From: Acidimicrobiales bacterium
Lineage (GTDB): Bacteria; Actinomycetota; Acidimicrobiia; Acidimicrobiales; CATQHL01
DNA: 64,000 nt
Reading direction: 5' to 3'
Assembly: GCA_963664235.1 (NCBI GenBank)
Contig: OY760933.1
Location: 76,503 to 140,502, forward strand
Shown: positions 27,047 to 35,291 of the stretch, piece by piece
How the letters are laid out: each line of letters begins with the position of its first letter
How positions within the stretch are numbered: the first letter of the stretch is position 1
Translations under genes and position numbers: made by a program
The notes under the pieces: generated by a model
Database searches by the model: none
The model's input: the letters and a program-made list of their open reading frames with translations, nothing else
Told to the model about the DNA's origin: nothing

Positions 27047-27885
27047 GTGACGGCCACGCCCCCCTGGAGTTGCGCAACCTGCACGTCGCCTTCGGAGGCA
27101 ACCGCGTCCTCGAGGGCGTGGACCTCACCTTCGGCAGCGGGTTCAACGGGCTCATCGGCCCCAACGGCGCCGGCAAGACGACGATGTTCAACGTGATCTC
27201 CGGCTACGTCGCGCCGTCGCAGGGCGAGGTTCTCCTGGCGGGCGAAGACCTGGCGAACCGCAGCCAGAGTGCTCGCGTCGCCGCCGGCATCGGGCGGACC
27301 TTCCAAGCCCCCAAGCTGGTGCTCGACGCCAGCGTCATGGAGAACACGCTCCTGGGTCTACAGCAGCGTTACCGCTGGGGGCACCTGTCAGAGTTGCTGC
27401 GCATGCCCTGGGCGCGCGCCGAGGAGCGCCAGGCACGGCAGGATTGCATGGACATGCTGGAGCGTTTCGGCCTGGCAGACTTCGCCCACACCGAGGCCGA
27501 CTCGCTGCCCCTCGGCAGCCAGAAGCTCGTCGAGGTCGCCAGAGCGCTCGTGGCCGAACCGCCGGTGGTGCTGCTGGACGAGCCGGCCGCCGGGCTCGGC
27601 GCCGACGACGTCACCGTGCTGCTGCGCGGGCTGCGGGGCATCGGCGCCGAGAGGGAACTCTGCATCGTCATCATCGAACACGACCTGCAGTTGGTGGCCA
27701 GCCTCTGCCCATATATCGCCGTGCTGGACTTCGGGCGAATAATCTCCGAGGGCACCCCCGACGAGGTAACACACGATCCGGCGGTGATCGAGGCGTACCT
27801 GGGGCACGGTTTCGCCGCCCGCCTCGAGGCTGAGAGCCTGGGCGTCACCATCGGCGAAGACGGCGCGAGCCCGGGAGCGAACTGA
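27043..27885 (+). CDS. livG: ABC transporter ATP-binding protein (LivG family)
   Basis: Start taken at inner ATG 27043, in an ATGA overlap. It has Walker A GPNGAGKTT, an LSGG-type signature region and Walker B VVLLDEPAAGL. Confidence 0.85.
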   Translation: MSDGHAPLELRNLHVAFGGNRVLEGVDLTFGSGFNGLIGPNGAGKTTMFNVISGYVAPSQGEVLLAGEDLANRSQSARVAAGIGRTFQAPKLVLDASVMENTLLGLQQRYRWGHLSELLRMPWARAEERQARQDCMDMLERFGLADFAHTEADSLPLGSQKLVEVARALVAEPPVVLLDEPAAGLGADDVTVLLRGLRGIGAERELCIVIIEHDLQLVASLCPYIAVLDFGRIISEGTPDEVTHDPAVIEAYLGHGFAARLEAESLGVTIGEDGASPGAN

Positions 27886-28595
27886 TGGCTCTTCTGGAAG
27901 TCAACGACCTGGTCAGCGGCTACGGGAGTCTCGAGGTGCTGCACGGCATCTCCCTCGAGGTCGAGGAGGGTGAGATCGTGTCGGTGCTGGGGGCCAACGG
28001 GGCCGGCAAGACGACGTTCCTCCGGGCCGTCTCGGGCGTTCTGGACACCTGGTCGGGAAGCGTGAGCCTGGCCGGCGACGACCTGGCCGGGCTGGCCGTG
28101 GAGCGGCGCGCCGCGGCGGGCCTGGGGCATCTCCCCGAGGGCCGGGGTGTGTTCCAGAACCTCACCGTGCGGGAGAACCTGGACCTCGGCACAGTGCTGC
28201 GCCGCGACGGGGCCGCAGCCGTCAACGCCGACCGGGAGCGCCTGCTGGAGATCTTCCCCGACCTGGCCGAGAAGATCCGCGACGGGGCGTCGTCGCTGTC
28301 GGGCGGCCAGCAGCAGATGCTGGCACTCTCCCGAGCCATGTTGACCCGTCCGAAGCTGCTGATGATCGACGAGTTGTCCTTCGGGCTGGCTCCGTTCCTG
28401 GTCGACGAGTTGTTCAATCTGGTCACCGAGCTGCGCAACGAGGGCAACACCTTCCTTCTCATCGAGCAGAACGCCCAGGTGCTGGACATCTCCGACCGCA
28501 CCTACGTGTTCCAGACGGGAAACAACGACATCTCCGGACCGTCCGCCGAGTTGCGGGAGTCCCACGACTTGGTGCGCTCCTACCTCGGCACCTGA
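27885..28595 (+). CDS. livF: ABC transporter ATP-binding protein (LivF family)
   Basis: The start overlaps the livG stop as TGATG. It has Walker A GANGAGKTT, the signature LSGGQQQ and Walker B LLMIDELSFGL. Confidence 0.85.
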   Translation: MALLEVNDLVSGYGSLEVLHGISLEVEEGEIVSVLGANGAGKTTFLRAVSGVLDTWSGSVSLAGDDLAGLAVERRAAAGLGHLPEGRGVFQNLTVRENLDLGTVLRRDGAAAVNADRERLLEIFPDLAEKIRDGASSLSGGQQQMLALSRAMLTRPKLLMIDELSFGLAPFLVDELFNLVTELRNEGNTFLLIEQNAQVLDISDRTYVFQTGNNDISGPSAELRESHDLVRSYLGT

Positions 28596-28627
28596 CCGGC
28601 GCTTCCCCGCTCCTAGAATCACCGGCG

Positions 28628-29164
28628 ATGACCCCCAGTAGCGCCGACCCGACGGGTCTCATGCCGACCGAAGGCTTCTACCACTGGGGAATCGTGGCGA
28701 CCGACTTCGAGGCCACCTGCGACGAACTGGCCGCGGTGTGCGGCCTCAACTGGGCCAAGCCCATGCGGCGCCAGTTCGAGATCCGCCAGGGCGACGAGGT
28801 CAAGGAGGTGAACTTCCGGCTCACCTACTCCATCGAGGGGCCACCGCACTACGAGGTCCTGGAGGCGTCCCCGGGCACCGTATGGGACCCGGCGTTCGCC
28901 GGCGGCGTCCACCATCTGGGATTCTGGTCGGATGATCTGGCCGGCGACATCGCCCGGCTCGAGGCCGCGGGCTACCCGGTCGGGGTCACCGCCGCCACCC
29001 CCGATGGCAAACCGGCGGGATTCGCCTACCACCGGCTCCACAGCGGCCTCTGGCTGGAACTCGTGGACAGCGCCCGCAGGACCGCCTACGAGGGCTGGAT
29101 CGCAGGCGGCGATTTCCCCACCTTCACGCTCCCGCCTGCGCCGGACGTCGATCCGTCCAGTTGA
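28628..29164 (+). CDS. VOC/glyoxalase-family protein
   Basis: 178 aa with ...HWGIVATDFE... and ...GGVHHLGFWSDDL..., the paired beta-alpha-beta-beta-beta metal-site pattern of the VOC superfamily. Confidence 0.6.
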   Translation: MTPSSADPTGLMPTEGFYHWGIVATDFEATCDELAAVCGLNWAKPMRRQFEIRQGDEVKEVNFRLTYSIEGPPHYEVLEASPGTVWDPAFAGGVHHLGFWSDDLAGDIARLEAAGYPVGVTAATPDGKPAGFAYHRLHSGLWLELVDSARRTAYEGWIAGGDFPTFTLPPAPDVDPSS

Positions 29165-29190
29165 GCGCCGGCAACTCGGGGACCGCCGAG

Positions 29191-30690
29191 ATGCCCGCCC
29201 CGGGTGACGTAGCCGACGTCGTCGTCGTTGGAGGCGGCCCGGGCGGATGTGCCGCAGCCCTCGAAGCGGCACGCGCCCGCGCCTCGGTGGTGCTGCTGGA
29301 GGCCCTGGACAGCGTGGGGGGCAACGCGGCGCGGTCCACCGGCTACATGGCATTCGCCGACTTCGAGGCCCAGCGCGCCGCCGGCATCAGCGACTCACCG
29401 GAGGACTACCTCACCGACATGGTCGCCGAGGCGGAGCTCCAGGAGGAGCGCTACGGGGTGATCTTCGACACGGCCCTGGCCGGCCGCTACGCCGCAGAGT
29501 CGGCCGACGCCTACCGGTTCCTCCTCGACCTGGGGTTCGGGTTCGGCCGCTTCGTGCCGCGCCCGCGCCAGCACACCATCGACCGCATGATGGATGTGGT
29601 CGACGTGGCCTCCTTCGGCACCCTGTTCGCGGCCGCTCTGACCGGCGCGGGCGTGAAGGTGCGCTGCGGCGTGCGCGCCCGGCGCCTGCACACCGACTCC
29701 GGCAGGGTCACAGGAGTGCTCTGGGAGCCTGCCAGTGGCGGAAGCGAAGGCGACGGCACCGACACCCGGCCGGGCTTCCTCGAGGCCCGACACGGGGTGA
29801 TCCTGGCGGCCGGCGGGTACCAGGCGAACCACGCGCTGCGGTCGCGCTACCAACCCGGCTACCTGGCCACCACCCCCTACCTGGGCGTCGACACCGACCG
29901 CGGCGACGGGCACCTCATGGGCCAGGCCATCGGCGGCGACCTCATCAACATGACGATGATCCCGCCGCTGGTGATGGTGGCCTCCGCCCTGGTGGAGGAC
30001 TCCATCGCCGTGGACTCAACCGGGCGGCGCTTCGGTGACGAAGCCGGACCCTACGACGAGCGCGTGGCGGCCCTCGAAGGCGTCAGCGAGCGGCGGGCGT
30101 TCTACGTGTTCGACGACCGTGTGCACCGGCTGCGTCGCGACCTCATCGAGCAGATGCCCCAACCGGCGGTCAGCGCCCCGACGATCGCGGAACTGGCCGG
30201 CCTGATCGGCTGCCCACCCGACGCTCTCGCCGCCACCGTCGAGGAATGGAACGCCACGGTCACCTCTGGAACCGAGCAGGATCCGGTGTTCGGGCGGGTC
30301 GTATTCGGCAAGTCCCGCCATCCCATCGCGCAGCCGCCTCTGTGGGCGTCACCCATGGTCGTCGGCGTCAACTTCCCCGCCGGCGGGTTCCGGGTGTCGC
30401 TGGACTGCGAGGTCCTCGACGTGTTCGGAGACGTGATCGGCGGCCTGTTCGCCGTCGGCGACTGCGTGGGCGGGATCGCCCCTGCCATCGGCCTCGGGGG
30501 CGTGAAGATCTCCAGCGCGGTGACCCTCGGGCGGATCGCCGGCAGGGTGGCCGCGGCGGGCGGCGGGCAGGTCCCCCCAGCCGCCGGCCCCTCCGCGCAG
30601 GCACCCGTCGATCCCGTCGCCACCGCCGACACGCCGGATGCGCCGACCGCCGGCGGTGGCTCGGGTCAGCGCATCCCCATCGTCGGCTGA
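29191..30690 (+). CDS. FAD-dependent oxidoreductase (FAD_binding_2; KstD / fumarate-reductase-flavoprotein-like)
   Basis: It has the motif DVVVVGGGPGGCAAALEAA...GGNAARSTG and the C-terminal flavin motif ...GLFAVGDCVGG.... Start taken at ATG 29191. TTG 29161, which overlaps the VOC stop, is an alternative. Confidence 0.75.
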   Translation: MPAPGDVADVVVVGGGPGGCAAALEAARARASVVLLEALDSVGGNAARSTGYMAFADFEAQRAAGISDSPEDYLTDMVAEAELQEERYGVIFDTALAGRYAAESADAYRFLLDLGFGFGRFVPRPRQHTIDRMMDVVDVASFGTLFAAALTGAGVKVRCGVRARRLHTDSGRVTGVLWEPASGGSEGDGTDTRPGFLEARHGVILAAGGYQANHALRSRYQPGYLATTPYLGVDTDRGDGHLMGQAIGGDLINMTMIPPLVMVASALVEDSIAVDSTGRRFGDEAGPYDERVAALEGVSERRAFYVFDDRVHRLRRDLIEQMPQPAVSAPTIAELAGLIGCPPDALAATVEEWNATVTSGTEQDPVFGRVVFGKSRHPIAQPPLWASPMVVGVNFPAGGFRVSLDCEVLDVFGDVIGGLFAVGDCVGGIAPAIGLGGVKISSAVTLGRIAGRVAAAGGGQVPPAAGPSAQAPVDPVATADTPDAPTAGGGSGQRIPIVG

Positions 30691-30754
30691 CCCGCGGGCG
30701 CCGGAGGAGCGATTGTCACCGGCGCCGGCACGGCCCGCGGGTAGCTTGACCGTC

Positions 30755-31852
30755 GTGATAAGGACGCGCCGGACGGCGCCCGTGGTAGCGGTGCTGGCCC
30801 TGCTGGCCCTGCCAGCCGGATGCGGCTACTTCGAGTCCGACGAGGCGCACCTTGCGCCCCAGCGGCCGCTTCTGCCCCCCACGAGCGAGTCACTGAGCGC
30901 CCCGGCGTCCCTGACGCCCACGACCGGGCCGGAGCCTTCGGCAACCGGAGCCGCGCCGGCGGACAGCGGTGGCGCTGTACTCACCCAGGACACCGCCGAG
31001 CCGGCGCCCAGCGAGGGCGAGACCGCCGACGGCGAGCCGGTGCCCGGTGACGGAGACGAGACCGGCGAGGGAGACGACACCGGCGGCGAGAGTGACGAGA
31101 ACGGCACCGACGAGTCCCAGCGCCTGCAGATCGTCGTCATCGGAGAGCTGCTGCACAGCCCGACCGCGTTCACCCAGGGGTTGGAGATCTTCGACGGCCG
31201 CCTCTACGAAAGCACGGGCGCCCCGGCCGATCGGGCCAGCAGCCTGCGGGAGCTGGCCCGCGACACCGGCGACGTGTTGCGACTCCAGGAGATCACCGAG
31301 GACGTCTTCGCCGAGGGGCTCACCTTCGTGGACGGCGCCATCTTCCAGCTCACCTGGCAGGACGGCGTCGCCCTGGTATGGGACCCTTCCGACTTCACCG
31401 AGATCGACCGCTTCAGCTACGAGGGCCAGGGGTGGGGCCTGTGCTTCAACGGCAGGGTGCTCGTGATGAGCGACGGCAGCGACGAGTTGCACTTCCGGGA
31501 TCCCGTGAGCTTCGAGCGGGTCGGGAATCCGGTGCCCGTGACGATGAACGGCGAGGAGCTTCCCTCGCTGAACGAGTTGGAGTGCGTCGACGAATTGGTC
31601 TGGGCGAACGTCTGGCAGACCGACCTGGTTGTGCAGATCGATCCCGTGACCGGCCGGGTGCTGGCCCACGCCGATGCCTCCGACATCGGGCTGCCGCGCC
31701 CCGACGATCCCGACGCCGTGCTGAACGGCATCGCCTGGGATCCCGAGACCGAGACGTTCCTGATCACCGGCAAGGACTGGCCGGCGATGTACGAGATCTA
31801 CTTCGAGGCCGCCGGAGCCCCCAACGAGGACCCGCAGCGCCTGAACCCCTAG
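30755..31852 (+). CDS. Glutaminyl-peptide cyclotransferase (bacterial/plant beta-propeller type) lipoprotein
   Basis: GTG 30755 gives VIRTRRTAPVVAVLALLALPAGC (signal peptide plus lipobox). A Pro/Ser/Thr then Asp/Glu/Gly linker follows. The body then shows the Glu_cyclase_2 pattern (...FTQGLEIFDGRLYESTG..., ...AEGLTFVDG..., ...GWGLC..., ...LNGIAWDPETETFLITGK.W...). Confidence 0.75.
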   Translation: MIRTRRTAPVVAVLALLALPAGCGYFESDEAHLAPQRPLLPPTSESLSAPASLTPTTGPEPSATGAAPADSGGAVLTQDTAEPAPSEGETADGEPVPGDGDETGEGDDTGGESDENGTDESQRLQIVVIGELLHSPTAFTQGLEIFDGRLYESTGAPADRASSLRELARDTGDVLRLQEITEDVFAEGLTFVDGAIFQLTWQDGVALVWDPSDFTEIDRFSYEGQGWGLCFNGRVLVMSDGSDELHFRDPVSFERVGNPVPVTMNGEELPSLNELECVDELVWANVWQTDLVVQIDPVTGRVLAHADASDIGLPRPDDPDAVLNGIAWDPETETFLITGKDWPAMYEIYFEAAGAPNEDPQRLNP

Positions 31853-32796
31853 CCGCCGAGCGCAGCCTTCAGAGCGGTCGCCGCTTCCTGCTGGGCCTGC
31901 TCGGCGCTGTCCATCTCCGCGTCGAATCCGAAGAACCCGTGAAACATGCCGTCGTAGCACGAGTAGGTCACGTCACAGCCCGCTGCGACCAGCTTCGCCG
32001 CGTATGCCTCCGCCTCATCACACAGCGGGTCGTACTCAGCGGTGATGATCAGACCAGGTGGCAGATCGGCATGACTCGCGGCGTGCACGGGCGACATGTA
32101 CGGATCGGTCCGGTCGGCGTCGCCGGTGTAGTGGTCGTAGAACCACACCATGATCGCCCGCGTGAGAAGCGGCCCGTCGGCGTTGGCGGCCATCGACCAC
32201 CAGGCGTCGGGATCCATGTCACAGCAGGGATAGACGAGAAGCTGGAAGGCGATCGAAGGGCCGCCGCGGTCGCGTGCCATCATCGCCGTCACCGCTGCCA
32301 GGTTGCCGCCGGCCGAGTCTCCCGCCACCGCCAGTCGCGCCGGGTCCACGCCCAACTCCGCGGCGTTGGCCGCCACCCAGCACGTCGCCGCGTAGCAGTC
32401 CTCCGGTCCCGCCGGGTAGGGATGTTCGGGCGCCAGCCGGTATTCCACCGACACGTACACCAGCCCGGTGCGGTTCACCATGGCCCGCACCTGCGGCTCG
32501 TGCGTCTCGATGCTGCCGAGCACCCAACCGCCACCGTGGAAGAACACCACCACGCCGGGCAGCCGGCCGTCCTCTCCGGCATCGTGCGGCCAGAAGATGC
32601 GCAGCGGCAGGTCGTCGCCGTCAGGCCCCCGGATCACCCGGTCTGCGACGCGCCCGACCTCGGCAGGCCCCGCCTCCTGCTGCGTCTGGATCGTGAAGTT
32701 GCGCATCTCGTCGGGGGTCATCTCGGGGGACAGCCGGAAGCCACCCTCTTCCATGGCGTTCAGGACTGTCACAGCCTGTGGGTCCAGTGGCATCAT
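31849..32796 (-). CDS. Alpha/beta hydrolase, hormone-sensitive-lipase-type esterase
   Basis: It has the oxyanion motif HGGGW, the nucleophile elbow GDSAGG, and D...H later in the sequence. RBS GGGAG. Its stop overlaps the convergent glutaminyl cyclase stop at CTAG. Confidence 0.8.
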   Translation of the reverse strand: MMPLDPQAVTVLNAMEEGGFRLSPEMTPDEMRNFTIQTQQEAGPAEVGRVADRVIRGPDGDDLPLRIFWPHDAGEDGRLPGVVVFFHGGGWVLGSIETHEPQVRAMVNRTGLVYVSVEYRLAPEHPYPAGPEDCYAATCWVAANAAELGVDPARLAVAGDSAGGNLAAVTAMMARDRGGPSIAFQLLVYPCCDMDPDAWWSMAANADGPLLTRAIMVWFYDHYTGDADRTDPYMSPVHAASHADLPPGLIITAEYDPLCDEAEAYAAKLVAAGCDVTYSCYDGMFHGFFGFDAEMDSAEQAQQEAATALKAALGG

Positions 32797-32836
32797 TCGT
32801 CTCCCTTGTCTGGGCCACCAGTTTGCCTGGCGGCGC

Positions 32837-33868
32837 CTACCAGCCCTCGCCGAACGTCAGCACCGACCGGAGGACCCTCCCGGACTGGAGGTCCTCCACC
32901 GCCTCGTTGGCCTCTGCCAGCGGACGCCTGTTCATCACCAGATGATCGGTGGTGACCGCACCGGAGCGGTGCAACTCCAGGACATCGCGAATGTCGTCGG
33001 GGGTGAAGCCACGAGACCCCCAGACGCTCGATTCACGCCAGACCAGGTCGGTGGCGCGCAGCGTGAAGCCGTCGATGGTCGTGCCGATCATGATGACCCG
33101 CGAGCCGATGCCGGAAGTGTCGATCGCCTGACGATCCACGACCGCAGATCCCACCGTCTGCACCACCACCTCCGGGCCGCCGGGGCCGCACAGTGCCCGC
33201 ACCTGCTCCGGGGCGTCGTCACCGCCGCGCACCACATGATGCGCGCCGAGCCGCTCGGCAAGTTCCAGCTTGGCGTCGCTGCGACTCACCGCGATCACCC
33301 GGCAGCCGAGGTGAACCGCCAGCTGCACCGCGTTCGAACCGATGCCCCCCACCCCGAAGATCACCACCGTCTCGCCGGGCTGCACCTTGCCGATGCGCAC
33401 CAGCCCGTGGTAGGGCGTGGCCACGGCGTCGGTGAGCACCGCCACCGCGGCGGGGTCGTCGCTGGGCAGCACCGGGATCACGTTGCGCTCGGGCACCAGC
33501 ACCTGGGTGGCGAACGCCCCGTCGTACTCCACGCCCATGCGGCGCACGCTGAGGCACATGTTGACCCGCCCGACGCTGCACATCCGGCACGACCCGCAGT
33601 GGTCGATGTAGTACAGCGCCACAGGCGTGCCCGGAGGCGCCACCGACGGGTCCACTCCCTCGCCCAACTCCCGCACCACGCCGGAGGCCTCGTGGCCGGG
33701 CACGATCGGCAGCACCGAGTCGAAGCCGCCCTTGCGCAGGAAGACGTCGCTGCCGCAGACGCCGCAACCCCGGACGTCCACCAGGATCCACCCCGGGCGG
33801 GGCTTTAGGTCGGGCCGCTCGACGATCTCCAGCGGCGTGTTGTAGCGGTGCAGGACCGCCGCCTGCAC
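32837..33868 (-). CDS. Zn-dependent alcohol dehydrogenase (MDR family)
   Basis: Start set at GTG 33868, 10 nt after the upstream stop and preceded by GAGGGG. Motifs seen are GCGVCGSD, GHEASG and the Rossmann motif GVGGIGSNAVQLA. Confidence 0.8.
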   Translation of the reverse strand: MQAAVLHRYNTPLEIVERPDLKPRPGWILVDVRGCGVCGSDVFLRKGGFDSVLPIVPGHEASGVVRELGEGVDPSVAPPGTPVALYYIDHCGSCRMCSVGRVNMCLSVRRMGVEYDGAFATQVLVPERNVIPVLPSDDPAAVAVLTDAVATPYHGLVRIGKVQPGETVVIFGVGGIGSNAVQLAVHLGCRVIAVSRSDAKLELAERLGAHHVVRGGDDAPEQVRALCGPGGPEVVVQTVGSAVVDRQAIDTSGIGSRVIMIGTTIDGFTLRATDLVWRESSVWGSRGFTPDDIRDVLELHRSGAVTTDHLVMNRRPLAEANEAVEDLQSGRVLRSVLTFGEGW

Positions 33869-33878
33869 GGCGCGCCCC

Positions 33879-35006
33879 TCAGCCGATGCCGGGCAGGCCC
33901 AGGGCCCCGGCGTCGGGCAGGTCGCCGACATCGAAGTGCGACGAGCCGAACACATCGGGCTTCTTGCGTCCCACGCGCTCGTAGTACTCCTCCGGCACCG
34001 TCGTCGGGTCCTTGTACATGCTCCACTGGCACTTCTGGCGCACCTCGGGATCACGGTCCGTGTCTGGGTAGACCGGCGGGTCGATGACCCTGGTGGGGTA
34101 GCCGAAGCGATCCATCGGCATCTCCTCGTTCAACACGATGCAGTGCGCGCAGTAGAGGCAGATTCCCTTGGTGTAATGGTTCCAGGAGGCGGGCTCCTCG
34201 GAGACGGCCCAGTTGTAGGGGGGCTCCACGCGCGCCGGCGTGTCCTCCTCCCAGTCGCCGCGGATGATCCGCTGGCCGGAGCCGCACGGGTCGAAGCGGA
34301 TGATCCACCGATCCTCCTCCTCGATCATCTCCATGTCGCCGGTGCGCTCTGGCCCGACGAGGTGGCCGCGCATGGCCTCACAGGACACCGTCAGCAGGGT
34401 CTCCAGCGCCTCGTCCCAGGGGTGGGAGTCGATGTCGAACTTCTGGTAGCGCCAGGAGAACAGCGGCAGCAGGACCCGCTCGTACATGTCGGCGATGCCC
34501 TGCCCACCGTGGTTGTCCTGGATCGCCGACATCAGGCCGTAGGTGTGATCCACGTCGCGGTCATGCGTCTGGCGCCACACGTCCTTCATGACGTCCAGCG
34601 TCTCCAGCGCCTCGTCTGTCTCGGCGCGGTAGATGTGCTTCAGCAGGTTGCGCTGGTGGACACGGAAGGAATCCCAGTGGCGGTGGGCGTTCCAAGCCTT
34701 GCCCTCCGGGGTCGTGAGCTTGGACTGCACGTCGGCGTCGACGACCGCCAACTCCTCGGCGTCCATGCCACCGTCGGCCAGGAAGCCTCGCAGGTCGTTG
34801 ATCCACTGCCGGTAGAGGGTGAAGCAGACATTCGCCTCATCCACGAAGTAGTCGGCCAGGTCCGCTGCGTGGTCCCAGTCGCCATCGGTGATGGCCTCGG
34901 CGATCTTGCGGTAGGTGCCGATCGTCTGGTCCTCCCACGAACCGATACGCGTCCGCCGCCCAAGGATCTCCGAGAATTCGATCCTGGTCTTCTCCCCTGT
35001 TCCCAT
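33879..35006 (-). CDS. Uncharacterized conserved protein with DPCGSG and CxxCxxC motifs (copy 1)
   Basis: ATG 35006 is preceded by GAGGAGG. The protein is 375 aa with normal codon bias. It contains ...RFDPCGSGQR... and ...KGICLYCAHC.... Its C-terminal ~95 aa align with the truncated ORF at 63703..64000. I recognised no known domain. Confidence 0.65.
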   Translation of the reverse strand: MGTGEKTRIEFSEILGRRTRIGSWEDQTIGTYRKIAEAITDGDWDHAADLADYFVDEANVCFTLYRQWINDLRGFLADGGMDAEELAVVDADVQSKLTTPEGKAWNAHRHWDSFRVHQRNLLKHIYRAETDEALETLDVMKDVWRQTHDRDVDHTYGLMSAIQDNHGGQGIADMYERVLLPLFSWRYQKFDIDSHPWDEALETLLTVSCEAMRGHLVGPERTGDMEMIEEEDRWIIRFDPCGSGQRIIRGDWEEDTPARVEPPYNWAVSEEPASWNHYTKGICLYCAHCIVLNEEMPMDRFGYPTRVIDPPVYPDTDRDPEVRQKCQWSMYKDPTTVPEEYYERVGRKKPDVFGSSHFDVGDLPDAGALGLPGIG

Positions 35007-35206
35007 TCGTGAGCCTCCTCGGCTTCCCCTGTTGCCGCGCCCGGCCTCATCGGCCGACGACGATGTGCCCGGCGACTATACCCAACCACCACTCCAGCAG
35101 ACGAAACCGACCGGGGCCACCAACGGTGCCGAACCGAAGCGCCCTCGGGCAACCGCGCACAGCTAGCCTCGGCACGTGCTGAGTGGTGCGACAGACCGCC
35201 GCATCC

Positions 35207-35232
35207 GTCATTCCGGCGAAGGCCGGAATCCA
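35207..35232. repeat. REP-like palindromic element, copy 2
   Basis: gtcattccggcgaaggccggaatcca lies in the divergent intergenic region. It yields the spurious VIPAKAGIH-type peptide in ORF 35183..35407. Confidence 0.7.
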
Positions 35233-35291
35233 CCGTCCGGCGGTGCGATCTCGAATTCCCGTGGGTTGCGCAGCACGCTCCTCGGCGGCCG

